64,000 bases of DNA from Escherichia coli (GCF_017348835.2 NZ_CP071375.1), one strand, 5' to 3'. Positions 47,103 through 55,743 are shown, counted from the first letter of the stretch. Notes: generated by a model from the sequence alone, not told the origin. Made by a program: numbers and translations.

Positions 47103-48265
47103 TTACGCCTTCTTTATATCCTCCATAATTCCACAGTGGGACATATTTGGGACATGATCACCAAAAATGTCGTCTATTTTCCTTGCATGCTCTGTCAAAT
47201 GATTAGGCGCAAGGTGAGCATACCTACGAACCATTTCTATGGACTCCCATCCGCCCATTTCCTGAAGCACAGATAATGGGACGCCTGACTGGATCAGCCA
47301 GCTTGCCCAGGTGTGTCTGAGGTCATGGAAACGGAAATCTTCAATTCCTGCACGACGACAAGCTGATAGCCATGATGTCTTGCTGTCGATGCGCATCTTC
47401 CTGACCGCAGGCGTTGATGTTCCATCTGCTCGCTTAGCCGCCTTGGTATGTACAAACACCCATTTGTGATGCTTGCCTATTTGATCACGCAACACTTTAC
47501 AGGCGGTATCGTTCAGCGCCACACCAATGGCGCGGTTTGATTTGCTCTCTTCTGGATTCACCCAGGCAACTCGTCGCTGCATGTCGATTTGTTGCCATTC
47601 CAGATTTATGATGTTCGACTTTCTCAGACCAGTTGCCAGCGCAAACTTGACGACAGATTTCAGTGGTTCGGGGCACTCATCAATAAGGCGTTTTGCTTCC
47701 TCCTTTTCCAGCCATCTGACTCGCTTGTTTCTGACCGCTGGTATCTTGATGACAGGCGCTTTTTCCAGCCACTTCCAGTCGCGTTCTGCAGCACGGAGAA
47801 TGGCCTTTATCATGGCAAGATGCTTTGCCTTTGTCTGAGTTGATACTGGCTTTGGTTCATAAACAGGCGGTTCTTTACCTTTCCTGATGGCGGCCTGAAC
47901 TTTCTGTTTCCATATTTCTTTCGTCTTTCTGTTATGCATTCTGCTTACAGCAGAGTAAATCTTTGCCTCCGAGATATCTTTAAGCCTTATACCCTCAAAA
48001 TGTTCAAGCCAGAACTCAATCCGGCTTTTATCTGAATCGAGAGATTTTTATCAGCTTTTTCCTCAAGCCATCTTAGGCAGGCCTCTTCAAAAGTGACATC
48101 AGGTAAATCCCCTAGCTTTTCTACTCGCCAGAGTTCTGCTTTTCGCTTGTCGTGCAACTCCTGAGCTTGCCGCTTGTCCTTTGTGCCAAGAGATTCCTTA
48201 ATTCGTTTCCCGCCCGGGAGCGAATACGAGGCATACCATATTTCATTTCTGCGGAAGAGTGACAT
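47103..48265 (-). pseudogene. intD: tyrosine integrase, reading frame interrupted by a frameshift
   Basis: N-terminal 74 codons ([19 protein letters not shown]..., ORF 47987-48265) and C-terminal catalytic part (ORF 47103-47939, HxxR ... Y) are in different frames; the break is at a 5-nt homopolymer at 48045-48049. Confidence 0.8.
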
Positions 48266-48492
48266 TTTCTTTCCTCTGTTATGCCATCACCCGCGCTCAC
48301 CTGGACAGTATGCAGCGGAGACTGAAGCGCCGCAATGCAAGCTTGCCGTGTTGTGAGGTAAGGAGATTTTGGCTTGGTTGGATCTTTACGTGTTGCCTGT
48401 AGGCGGCCTGTTCGTATCCAGTTGGTGGCGGTTGGTCTGGATATCTTAAGAAACTGACAGGCCTCATCGAGTGTGAGGCTGTATGGCTCCAT
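48121..48492 (-). CDS. xis: excisionase-like (AlpA/Xis-type HTH) protein; 3' end overlaps int start
   Basis: Start [31 protein letters not shown] at 48492 (ATG overlaps upstream stop as TAATG); 3' boundary uncertain. Confidence 0.55.
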
Positions 48493-48797
48493 TATTTCAC
48501 CTCTTGCTGTGTCATTGTTGAAAAATGGATACCAGCTCGTTGCTGCCAGACGATCCAACCGAGAGTCATATCCCATGCCATGTATTCGTTATCGCCGTTT
48601 TTTGCTCTCCGACGATCTACTAAGTCACCGAAACGCTTTTCCATGAATAATTCATAGGCTTCGCGTTCATCTGGCTCTACTTCCAGAGATACGAGTGCGA
48701 TTTCATAAGCACGGCGCTCAATATCGTCTCGAACCTCTAGGCTGCTGATTCGTTCTTTGATTTCTTTAATCAGTTCTTTATTGGTAAATGTGGTCAT
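48492..48797 (-). CDS. hypothetical phage early protein (resembles CPS-53 YfdT position)
   Basis: 101 aa acidic ORF, coupled to neighbours. Confidence 0.55.
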   Translation of the reverse strand: MTTFTNKELIKEIKERISSLEVRDDIERRAYEIALVSLEVEPDEREAYELFMEKRFGDLVDRRRAKNGDNEYMAWDMTLGWIVWQQRAGIHFSTMTQQEVK

Positions 48798-49153
48798 TAT
48801 GCTCCAGCCTCCGGTGCTTTTGGCATTACTGCCCAGTGAGTGATATTGACGTTTTCAAGGTCCCCGACCTGAAATGTCCACTGCCATTCTCCGGTTTCTT
48901 TTTGTCCCCAGTTGTACCAGAGAGAACGCCAGCCAATCAGCCAGCCTTCTCCATTAGCATCAAATAACAGAACACTTTCATTTGCTGGTGGCAGTTCAGC
49001 TGACACTGGTATTATTTTGTTTTCCAGTGCCGCACATTTAGCTTCAAGCGCGTCGAATTTACGTAACAGGTACTCAGCATTTGTTTCGTTCACTTTCAGA
49101 TCTCGCGGTACACATTTCCCGCGAAGAAACCCTTCCATTTCGAAAACATTCAT
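48797..49153 (-). CDS. hypothetical phage protein (resembles CPS-53 YfdS position)
   Basis: ~118 aa; ATG at 49153 overlaps stop of upstream HD gene (ATGA). Confidence 0.55.
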   Translation of the reverse strand: MNVFEMEGFLRGKCVPRDLKVNETNAEYLLRKFDALEAKCAALENKIIPVSAELPPANESVLLFDANGEGWLIGWRSLWYNWGQKETGEWQWTFQVGDLENVNITHWAVMPKAPEAGA

Positions 49154-49686
49154 GCGCATTTGCGTAACTCCGATAAATCGTTAAAACGTTCCATAAACAT
49201 CCCGTAGGCATGACCCGGTGCCAGTGGAATCACGTTGAACATCTCTGTTGCCGGGATGCCTTCCAGTACAGGCCAGAAAGAGCCATCATCAAGCCCGAGA
49301 TCGCGGCGTTCGGTTGCCAGCATGATGAGATCGGCATATTTCACGGGTGTACTCATAACTAGGGGTAACCCGTATTTCTCACGGATTACGGCGTCTATTT
49401 TTTCTTCCATTTGTTTATAGTCAGGAAGAAGGCGTTTCAGTGGTGCGGGAATGTCCTGGCAATACGCTTCTGTTGCATCATGCATTAACGCTTCAAAAGC
49501 AAATTCCTGCGGCACCAGCTGGCTGCAAAGAACCGCATGTTGGGCGACGCTGTAGAAGTGCGAAAGATGACCGGCAAAGCGACAGATATTTGAAAGGGAA
49601 ACCGCGATATCGTTAATATCGATGTCGTCTTTATTTATCTTGTCATAATAAAAATGCTTCCCGGAAAAAGTTTTAATAAATGACAT
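49150..49686 (-). CDS. HD-domain phosphohydrolase (YfdR-like)
   Basis: 178 aa from MSFIKTF with GGAG 8 nt upstream; H...HD motif (ALMHDATEAY). Confidence 0.7.
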   Translation of the reverse strand: MSFIKTFSGKHFYYDKINKDDIDINDIAVSLSNICRFAGHLSHFYSVAQHAVLCSQLVPQEFAFEALMHDATEAYCQDIPAPLKRLLPDYKQMEEKIDAVIREKYGLPLVMSTPVKYADLIMLATERRDLGLDDGSFWPVLEGIPATEMFNVIPLAPGHAYGMFMERFNDLSELRKCA

Positions 49687-49813
49687 TTTGTTCTCCACGT
49701 ATATGCACTGCACCGCGCTGAATTCTGGTAAAAGGAAGCCCTCACCATCCGGTGATTATTGAGTTAATTACGTTTCCATAAATGCCCCCGCAGGGGCATT
49801 TGCAGTAATGAAA

Positions 49814-50638
49814 TCAGGCGGTGAAAGTACCAATAAAGGTTTCTACTTTGCTGTCTTTGAATTTCTCAACAAGCAGATCACGAAATTCGTTAGCCATTTC
49901 TTCCTGCACCGCTTCCAGCTGAATAATGCGCAGAACCAGTACAGGACGATCGCCAGTGATAATGCTGAGGCGTAATTTAAACGGACGTTCTTTCAGGCCT
50001 TCAAACGGAACGCATTTAAATTCAAATGCCACTGGCATAATGTCTTTGGTCTTCGCTTCGACAGACTCCATCAGGGAGCGTTTGCCGCTGAAGTCATTAT
50101 CTTCAAAATCAGCGGTCTGGTTTGCTTCAATCGTGATTTTACGGACTGCCGCAGCCGCTTTTGTTGCCTGAATGGCGTCACCATTAGCATCAAAGCCCAC
50201 AAGGTAGTCGGCCCAGTCTTCGATCCATTCTGCCAGTGACTTCTGGGAGTTACGCTCGCCGTTAACAGACAACAGAGCAGAGAACGGTGCTGTCTTTTTC
50301 AGTTTGAGAGTGGCAGTGTTATCTGCGTGACCTGGCTCATCAATAGTACCCAGGTTAAGCACACTGACGGCACGCATATTATCGGCATCGATAAAGCAGC
50401 GGGTGCCTTCATCTGCAAGATCTTTAGAATAACGGGTAAAATCATCGATGCAGGCAGTGGAAAGTGCACCACGGAAACGGAAGCGATTTAAATTAAATTT
50501 TTCCAGATCATGAATGCGGAAATTCTCAGGCAATGCCACAGCATCGGCACCAATCTTACTGATAATTTCATTAACACCCTGAGCAGAAATAAGGGCATGG
50601 ATTTGATTAATTGCAGTTGCGTCTAAGTTCTGAGACAT
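49814..50638 (-). CDS. DUF2303-type phage protein (YfdQ-like)
   Basis: 274 aa. Confidence 0.65.
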   Translation of the reverse strand: MSQNLDATAINQIHALISAQGVNEIISKIGADAVALPENFRIHDLEKFNLNRFRFRGALSTACIDDFTRYSKDLADEGTRCFIDADNMRAVSVLNLGTIDEPGHADNTATLKLKKTAPFSALLSVNGERNSQKSLAEWIEDWADYLVGFDANGDAIQATKAAAAVRKITIEANQTADFEDNDFSGKRSLMESVEAKTKDIMPVAFEFKCVPFEGLKERPFKLRLSIITGDRPVLVLRIIQLEAVQEEMANEFRDLLVEKFKDSKVETFIGTFTA

Positions 50639-50703
50639 AATAAGTCCTCACTATATAAAGATATTCAGTGATGAGATAAATAATCAGTTTATTACGAACG
50701 ATA

Positions 50704-51066
50704 TTAACGACCTGCTGCGCGGAGTTTTCCGTCAGGTTCACCGGCAAGAGTCAGTAATTGTCCCTGGTCTTCCTGCAGAATAGTCAGGCGACCACCGCGA
50801 TTGACATACATCGGCGTTTCGGTGGTGTCTTCTTCGGAAATTTTCCCGCGGTTAGTCGGGCGAATATATGAGAGTTTGTGTTTGATTTTCACACGGTTCT
50901 CATCAAATGGTTCGATTTCCAGGTTGAGTGAGACCTTACCTTTGGTTTTCGTGTTCATCACACCGGAAGCGACTTCACTGAGAACTGCGCCGATTTTGGT
51001 TTCAAATACGCCGCCGTCCAGCTCCCCGATAAATGCCTGCACATCAGTACTGCGTTCGCTAGCCAT
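50704..51066 (-). CDS. hypothetical phage protein (YfdP-like), first gene of the leftward block
   Basis: 120 aa from MASERSTDVQ; GGAG upstream. Confidence 0.55.
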   Translation of the reverse strand: MASERSTDVQAFIGELDGGVFETKIGAVLSEVASGVMNTKTKGKVSLNLEIEPFDENRVKIKHKLSYIRPTNRGKISEEDTTETPMYVNRGGRLTILQEDQGQLLTLAGEPDGKLRAAGR

Positions 51067-51536
51067 TTTGCTGCTCCTCATCATATCGACCCTGCAAGGC
51101 CGATTAGTTTCTCCACAAAACAGAGAAGAACACCTGTGGTGGCCGCCGCCCGGATGGATTGGGTTATGAGCCCGTCGTCCGGTGATGCTCTTCTCTGTTT
51201 TGTAAAAAGGACGGTACCAGCCGGAAGCAAGGGTACAAGCTGGTACCGCCAGGACTACACACAGCATAAAGTTGTGGTGCCGGGTGCCCTCCCGGTGCCT
51301 GGCGAAGGTTGCACACCAGGCGGGTGGGTATCCACAGAAGGTCGACTGTCAGCCTCAACCTTAACCCGCGTGCGCTGAGCCGCATTCACCACAACGCTAA
51401 GGATTCTCTCTGGTTGAAAATACTTAGCTGTTATGTGCCTGCTTTTAGCCACATCAGGCGAGGTGGACCTGGTTATTCCCCAACAACAAGGATTCGGTTA
51501 ATCTGGATATCCCCAACAACAATAAGAGTATTCAAT

Positions 51537-52052
51537 GTGATCGCTGAATTAACGGCAGCAATGACGGCTATTCGTGAAACAGCCCAGATTGCAAAACTAA
51601 TGAACGAGGCAAAAACTCAAGCTGAAGTAAATGCGGCTATTGGTGAGCTGAACTCAAAGCTTGCGTCTATTCAGCGCGAATGCGTGTCTCTCGTTGAACT
51701 GGTGGGCTCTTATCAAGAAATAAATGCTTCTCTCAAAGCTAAAATTGCAGAATTCGAAAACTTTGAGGCTCAGACGGAAGGCTATATCCTTAACCAACTT
51801 GAGTCGGGTACTTTTGTATACTCGAAGGAGGTAATCGTGAACGGTGGCAGCATAACCATGCATCTTTGCCCAAAATGTTTTGGACAAAAGATAGTATCGA
51901 TACTTCAACCATTCCCGGTTAGCGAAGATGAGCTTTTTCATAAAAGCAGGTGCCTCCACTGTGAAAATAAGTTTCTGATGAATAAAAATCCGGATTACGT
52001 ATCGCCTCCATCCATTGAGGAGTTGTCCAGAAAACTTAACGGCAATCTGTAG
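51537..52052 (+). CDS. orphan protein: N-terminal heptad-rich helix plus C-terminal CxxC...CxxC zinc ribbon; convergent with pL
   Basis: ~171 aa from GTG 51537 (or 163 aa from ATG 51561); protein-like composition; own terminator at 52092-52115. Confidence 0.55.
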   Translation: MIAELTAAMTAIRETAQIAKLMNEAKTQAEVNAAIGELNSKLASIQRECVSLVELVGSYQEINASLKAKIAEFENFEAQTEGYILNQLESGTFVYSKEVIVNGGSITMHLCPKCFGQKIVSILQPFPVSEDELFHKSRCLHCENKFLMNKNPDYVSPPSIEELSRKLNGNL

Positions 52053-52091
52053 ATTACTACTGTTGTGGATATCCAGATTGTTAAAGAGCTA

Positions 52092-52115
52092 AGCGTCCTG
52101 TAGGGCGCTTTTTTG
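52092..52115 (+). terminator. intrinsic terminator of the orphan plus-strand gene
   Basis: agcgtcc tgta gggcgct followed by TTTTTT. Confidence 0.6.
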
Positions 52116-52280
52116 TTGCTAACGAATCATCCTGGACTTCATATGCCCCAGGCGGCTACTTCGTGGGCGTCCTGCCTGTTCGTTTTTGACATTTACTGAC
52201 TGCTTACGACACATGCACCGTGTTGCAACCAGATTTTGTTGTAATCCTGTAGTTGGTCTGGAACAAAAGATAAAATTAAA

Positions 52281-52317
52281 TTGCGAGATATGCAAGCGAT
52301 ATTTGCGAGGTATGCAA
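52281..52317. promoter_or_regulatory. OL-type operator pair with likely leftward promoter pL
   Basis: Two 15-bp sites ttgcgagatatgcaa and ttgcgaggtatgcaa, 22 bp apart, just past the 3' end of cI; same motif as sites between cI and cro. Confidence 0.55.
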
Positions 52318-52371
52318 ATTTATAGGTAGTAAAAAGCCACCTTTCGGTGGCCGATGGATGGGATATTGAGG

Positions 52372-53064
52372 TTAATTATGTCTCTTAAGGGTTTGCGACT
52401 GACTGATTAAGACCTTTCCAAAGACCATGAATCGGTGTTCGTTTTCGCTAGTAATTCCCCATTCACGGTAAATCTGGTTATCAGAAATCACCAGCAGTTT
52501 GTCAGGAATCATTTGAAGTCTTTTAACGTATATTTTGTCATCAAAACCAAAGACATATATACCATCACCATCAAACTGATTGATGCTGACATCAACGAAG
52601 ATGAGATCTCCTGGCTCAATGGTTGGACACATACTGTCCCCACGAACGTTGATAACTTTGATGTGATTGGCTGGTCGTCCGCCGAACATTGATACAGCAT
52701 TATCAGTTCTGTATTCGATGGCATGAATCACATCAATGACATCACCGCCCTGGATAAGGCCATTTCCCGCACTGGCACTGATATCCAGCATTTCAATACG
52801 GAACACATCCTTCACCTGCGCAACATCCTCATTATTACTGTTTTTATATACAGTATTACTTTTGTGGGCAGAGGTAAAGAGATCAGCAATATCAACACCT
52901 AAGCTCTTGGCAATATTACTCAGTGTTTGTTCGGTAAATTGTTTTTGCTTACCCGTTTCTAAGCGCGAGATGTTCGCCGCATCTACTCCTATTGCTTCAG
53001 CGAGATCGGCGATTTTCATGTTCTTCGCTTGGCGAAGTTGTCTGACTCGGTTTCCTATGTTCAT
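52372..53064 (-). CDS. cI: CI-type prophage repressor (XRE HTH plus S24 LexA-like peptidase domain)
   Basis: 230 aa; N-terminal HTH (MKIADLAEAIGVDAANISRLETGK); C-terminal GDSM ... K peptidase motif. Confidence 0.85.
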   Translation of the reverse strand: MNIGNRVRQLRQAKNMKIADLAEAIGVDAANISRLETGKQKQFTEQTLSNIAKSLGVDIADLFTSAHKSNTVYKNSNNEDVAQVKDVFRIEMLDISASAGNGLIQGGDVIDVIHAIEYRTDNAVSMFGGRPANHIKVINVRGDSMCPTIEPGDLIFVDVSINQFDGDGIYVFGFDDKIYVKRLQMIPDKLLVISDNQIYREWGITSENEHRFMVFGKVLISQSQTLKRHN

Positions 53065-53084
53065 GCGTTTATTACATTTCTTTA

Positions 53085-53147
53085 TTGCGTGATAAGCAAA
53101 TCAACTTGCGCAAAATAATTGCGTGAAATAACATGCATAACGCGCAA
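53085..53147. promoter_or_regulatory. OR operator region with divergent pRM/pR
   Basis: ttgcgtgataagcaa (53085-53099), ttgcgcaa core, atgcataacgcgcaa (53133-53147) between divergent cI and cro. Confidence 0.55.
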
Positions 53148-53161
53148 TATTTGGAGGGCAT

Positions 53162-53422
53162 ATGCAATCACCATTACGAAATGTGCGTAAGGCGCATGGT
53201 TTCACTTTGCAGCATGTTGCTGCGGGTGTTCAAGTCAATCCAGCGACGTTGAGTCGTATTGAGAGGCTGGAGCAGATTCCATCTATCGAGCTTGCAGAAC
53301 GTTTAGCCAATTTTTTTAAGGGTGAAGTCAGCGAAATGCAGATTCTTTATCCGGCACGTTTTCAATCTAGCCAAAACCAGAATGGGTTTAAACCACAGGA
53401 ACAGGAGGTGAACCGTGGGTAA
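53162..53422 (+). CDS. cro: Cro-like HTH regulator
   Basis: 86 aa; HTH (GFTLQHVAAGVQVNPATLSRIE); GGAGGG upstream; divergent from cI. Confidence 0.75.
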   Translation: MQSPLRNVRKAHGFTLQHVAAGVQVNPATLSRIERLEQIPSIELAERLANFFKGEVSEMQILYPARFQSSQNQNGFKPQEQEVNRG

Positions 53423-53966
53423 GCATCACTGGAAAGTAGAAAAACAGCCTGAGTGTTACGTGAAAGCTGTCAGAAAAACTATCGCAGCGTTGCCGGGGGG
53501 GTACGCTGAAGCTGCTGACTGGCTGGATGTAACAGAGAACGCATTATTTAACCGCCTTCGTGCCGATGGCGATCAGATTTTCCCGCTGGGATGGGCAATG
53601 ATTTTGCAACGTGCTGGTGGAACTCACTTCATTGCTGACGCTGTGGCGCAGTCTGCAAATGGCGTCTTTGTGTCTCTTCCTGATGTCGAGGATGTGGACA
53701 ACGCCGATATCAACCAACGCCTGCTGGAAGTCATTGAACAGATCGGCAGTTATTCAAAACAGATTCGTTCAGCAATTGAAGACGGTGTAGTGGAACCGCA
53801 TGAGAAGACAGCAATTAACGATGAGCTGTACCTCTCAATTTCGAAGCTGCAGGAGCATGCAGCACTGGTCTACAAAATCTTTTGCGTTTCAGAAAGTAGT
53901 GACGCCCGCGAGTGTGCAGCTCCGGGCGCCGTGGCGTGTCGTGACTGTGGAGAAACTAACGCATGA
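53415..53966 (+). CDS. CII-like / YdaT-like regulatory protein
   Basis: 183 aa; position after cro; overlaps cro end. Confidence 0.55.
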   Translation: MGKHHWKVEKQPECYVKAVRKTIAALPGGYAEAADWLDVTENALFNRLRADGDQIFPLGWAMILQRAGGTHFIADAVAQSANGVFVSLPDVEDVDNADINQRLLEVIEQIGSYSKQIRSAIEDGVVEPHEKTAINDELYLSISKLQEHAALVYKIFCVSESSDARECAAPGAVACRDCGETNA

Positions 53967-54301
53967 ACAGTTTAACAACACACTACCGTCGCTCGCAACT
54001 GATTGCGCTTCCTGTACCGGGTGGAAAAGCGAAGGTGGAGTATTGCTATGCAGTAAATGTACCAGGTGACAGGGAAATTGTAACCCACAGCTTTGCAGAG
54101 TGGGCTGTGGGTGATTTCAACCGGCAGAAGGAGACAGTCCTTTGCGACAAGTTAACCGCTGGTTCAAAGATCACTACGGAGTGCCCGTCAGAGTCATTCG
54201 TTGGGAGCCGGAAACACAACGGGTTATCTACCTCCGTGAAGGCTATGAGCATGAGTGCTTCAGCCCGCTCGAACAGTTTCGTCGTAAATTCAGGGAAATA
54301 G
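53963..54301 (+). CDS. hypothetical protein; 3' half may belong to an alternative frame (possible frameshift or two small coupled genes)
   Basis: 112 aa ORF; a second frame from TTG 54142 to stop 54318 gives protein-like ...[55 protein letters not shown]. Confidence 0.4.
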   Translation: MNSLTTHYRRSQLIALPVPGGKAKVEYCYAVNVPGDREIVTHSFAEWAVGDFNRQKETVLCDKLTAGSKITTECPSESFVGSRKHNGLSTSVKAMSMSASARSNSFVVNSGK

Positions 54302-54310
54302 AGGTCGGTC

Positions 54311-55252
54311 ATGAGCACTAAATTAACCGGCTATGTATGGGATGGTTGCGCTGCGTCAGGCATGAAATTATCCAGCGTGGCAATTATGGCCCGCCTGGCT
54401 GATTTCAGTAATGACGAAGGTGTGTGCTGGCCATCAATTGAAACCATTGCCCGTCAGATTGGCGCGGGGATGAGTACCGTCAGAACGGCTATCGCACGGC
54501 TGGAAGCAGAAGGCTGGTTAACGCGTAAGGCGCGTCGCCAGGGTAACCGCAATGCGTCGAATGTTTATCAGCTTAACGTTGCGAAGCTTCAGGCAGCGGC
54601 ATTTTCTCAACTGTCAGATTCTGACCCGTCAAAATCTGACGCATCAAAATCTGACCCGTCAAAATTTGATGCGTCGAAATCTGGCAAAAAAGCGGGTTTT
54701 CACCCGTCAGAATCTGGCGGGGATCCGTCAGTAAAATCAAAACATGATCCGTCAGATAAAAAAACTTCTCGTCCGGACGCTTCGCAACCGGACACGCAGA
54801 AGGCTGAACAGGAGTTTTTAACTCGCCATCCTGATGCGGTTGTATTCAGCCCTAAAAAGCGCCAGTGGGGAACGCAGGATGATTTGACCTGCGCACAGTG
54901 GCTCTGGAAAAAAATCATCGCCCTGTACGAGCAGGCCGCCGAATGTGACGGCGAGGTGGTTCGTCCCAAAGAACCGAACTGGACAGCCTGGGCAAACGAA
55001 ATTCGCCTGATGTGTGTGCAGGATGGTCGTACTCACAAACAAATCTGCGAGATGTACAGCCGCGTCAGCCGCGATCCGTTCTGGTGCCGTAACGTGCTCA
55101 GCCCGTCGAAGCTGCGGGAAAAATGGGATGAGCTTTCCCTGCGCTTATCGCCGTCCGTCAGCACGTACACCGAAAAACGCGAAGACCCGTACTTCAAAGC
55201 CAGTTACGACAACGTGGACTACAGCCAGATCCCGGCAGGATTCAGGGGGTGA
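54311..55252 (+). CDS. replication initiator (O-like; N-terminal winged-helix; C-terminal region possibly YdaU/DUF1376-like) with internal origin iterons
   Basis: 313 aa; central repeat-encoded low-complexity region; position after cII. Confidence 0.65.
   Translation: MSTKLTGYVWDGCAASGMKLSSVAIMARLADFSNDEGVCWPSIETIARQIGAGMSTVRTAIARLEAEGWLTRKARRQGNRNASNVYQLNVAKLQAAAFSQLSDSDPSKSDASKSDPSKFDASKSGKKAGFHPSESGGDPSVKSKHDPSDKKTSRPDASQPDTQKAEQEFLTRHPDAVVFSPKKRQWGTQDDLTCAQWLWKKIIALYEQAAECDGEVVRPKEPNWTAWANEIRLMCVQDGRTHKQICEMYSRVSRDPFWCRNVLSPSKLREKWDELSLRLSPSVSTYTEKREDPYFKASYDNVDYSQIPAGFRG
54620..54762. repeat. putative replication origin: ~7 iteron copies (core CCGTCAG) followed by an A-rich tract
   Basis: tctgacccgtcaaaa / tctgacgcatcaaaa / tctgacccgtcaaaa / tttgatgcgtcgaaa tandem 15-mers plus cacccgtcagaatctgg, gatccgtcagtaaaatc, gatccgtcagataaaaaaa. 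Confidence 0.6.
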
Positions 55253-55254
55253 TC

Positions 55255-55743
55255 ATGAGTCTTTTGAATGACGTTCAGAAATTCATTGAAGCCCATCCGG
55301 GCTGTACTTCCGGAGACATTGCGGATGCTTTTGCAGGTTACTCACGGCAGCGCGTTCTGCAGTCAGCAAGCAAGTTACGTCAGAGTGGGCGTGTGGCTCA
55401 CCGTTGTGAAGGAGATACACACAGACATTTCCCGCGCCTGACTGAGAGAGCGCAGGATCCGGAACCACAACCAGTTCGTGAAACCAGACCTGTGCGCAAT
55501 TTCTATGTCGGCACTAACGACCCGCGGGTGATTTTGTGCCTGACCCGCCAGGCGGAAGAACTGGAGTCCAGGGGCTTATACCGTCGTGCTGCAACGGTGT
55601 GGATGGCGGCATTCCGTGAAAGCCACTCCCAGCAAGAGCGAAACAATTTTCTTGCGCGTCGTGAGCGGTGTTTACGGAAAAGCAGCAAGCGCGCTGTATC
55701 GGGTGAAGAGTGGTATCTGTCAGGGAATTACGTGGGGGCTTAA
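55255..55743 (+). CDS. hypothetical regulator, possibly PerC-family-like
   Basis: 162 aa from MSLLNDVQ; GGGGG 7 nt upstream; basic C-terminus with LYRRAATVWMAAF motif. Confidence 0.4.
   Translation: MSLLNDVQKFIEAHPGCTSGDIADAFAGYSRQRVLQSASKLRQSGRVAHRCEGDTHRHFPRLTERAQDPEPQPVRETRPVRNFYVGTNDPRVILCLTRQAEELESRGLYRRAATVWMAAFRESHSQQERNNFLARRERCLRKSSKRAVSGEEWYLSGNYVGA

Noticed and set aside
50704-51066. N-like antiterminator at the first leftward position
   Set aside because: The 120-aa product has no arginine-rich N-terminal motif and is acidic overall; no nut-like boxA/boxB was identified with confidence
51309-51536. N-terminal extension of the orphan gene as given by the ORF track (247 aa from 51309)
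   Set aside because: The extra 76 residues are Arg/Pro/Ser-rich and come from the GC-rich hairpin region; GTG 51537 or ATG 51561 is a more plausible start
51440-51541. Type III toxin-antitoxin antitoxin RNA (tandem ~34-nt repeats upstream of a toxin gene)
   Set aside because: Only two 13-nt identical cores are present; the rest of each 33-nt unit does not repeat and there is no multi-copy array
51067-52052. Retron (msr/msd ncRNA with flanking inverted repeats followed by a reverse transcriptase)
   Set aside because: The adjacent plus-strand gene is only ~171 aa with no RT motifs (no YxDD) and no other RT-like ORF is nearby; only the inverted repeats fit
54552-54734. 60-aa plus-strand ORF (repetitive RQNLT...)
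   Set aside because: Alternative frame through the iteron repeats inside the replication gene; a repeat translation artefact
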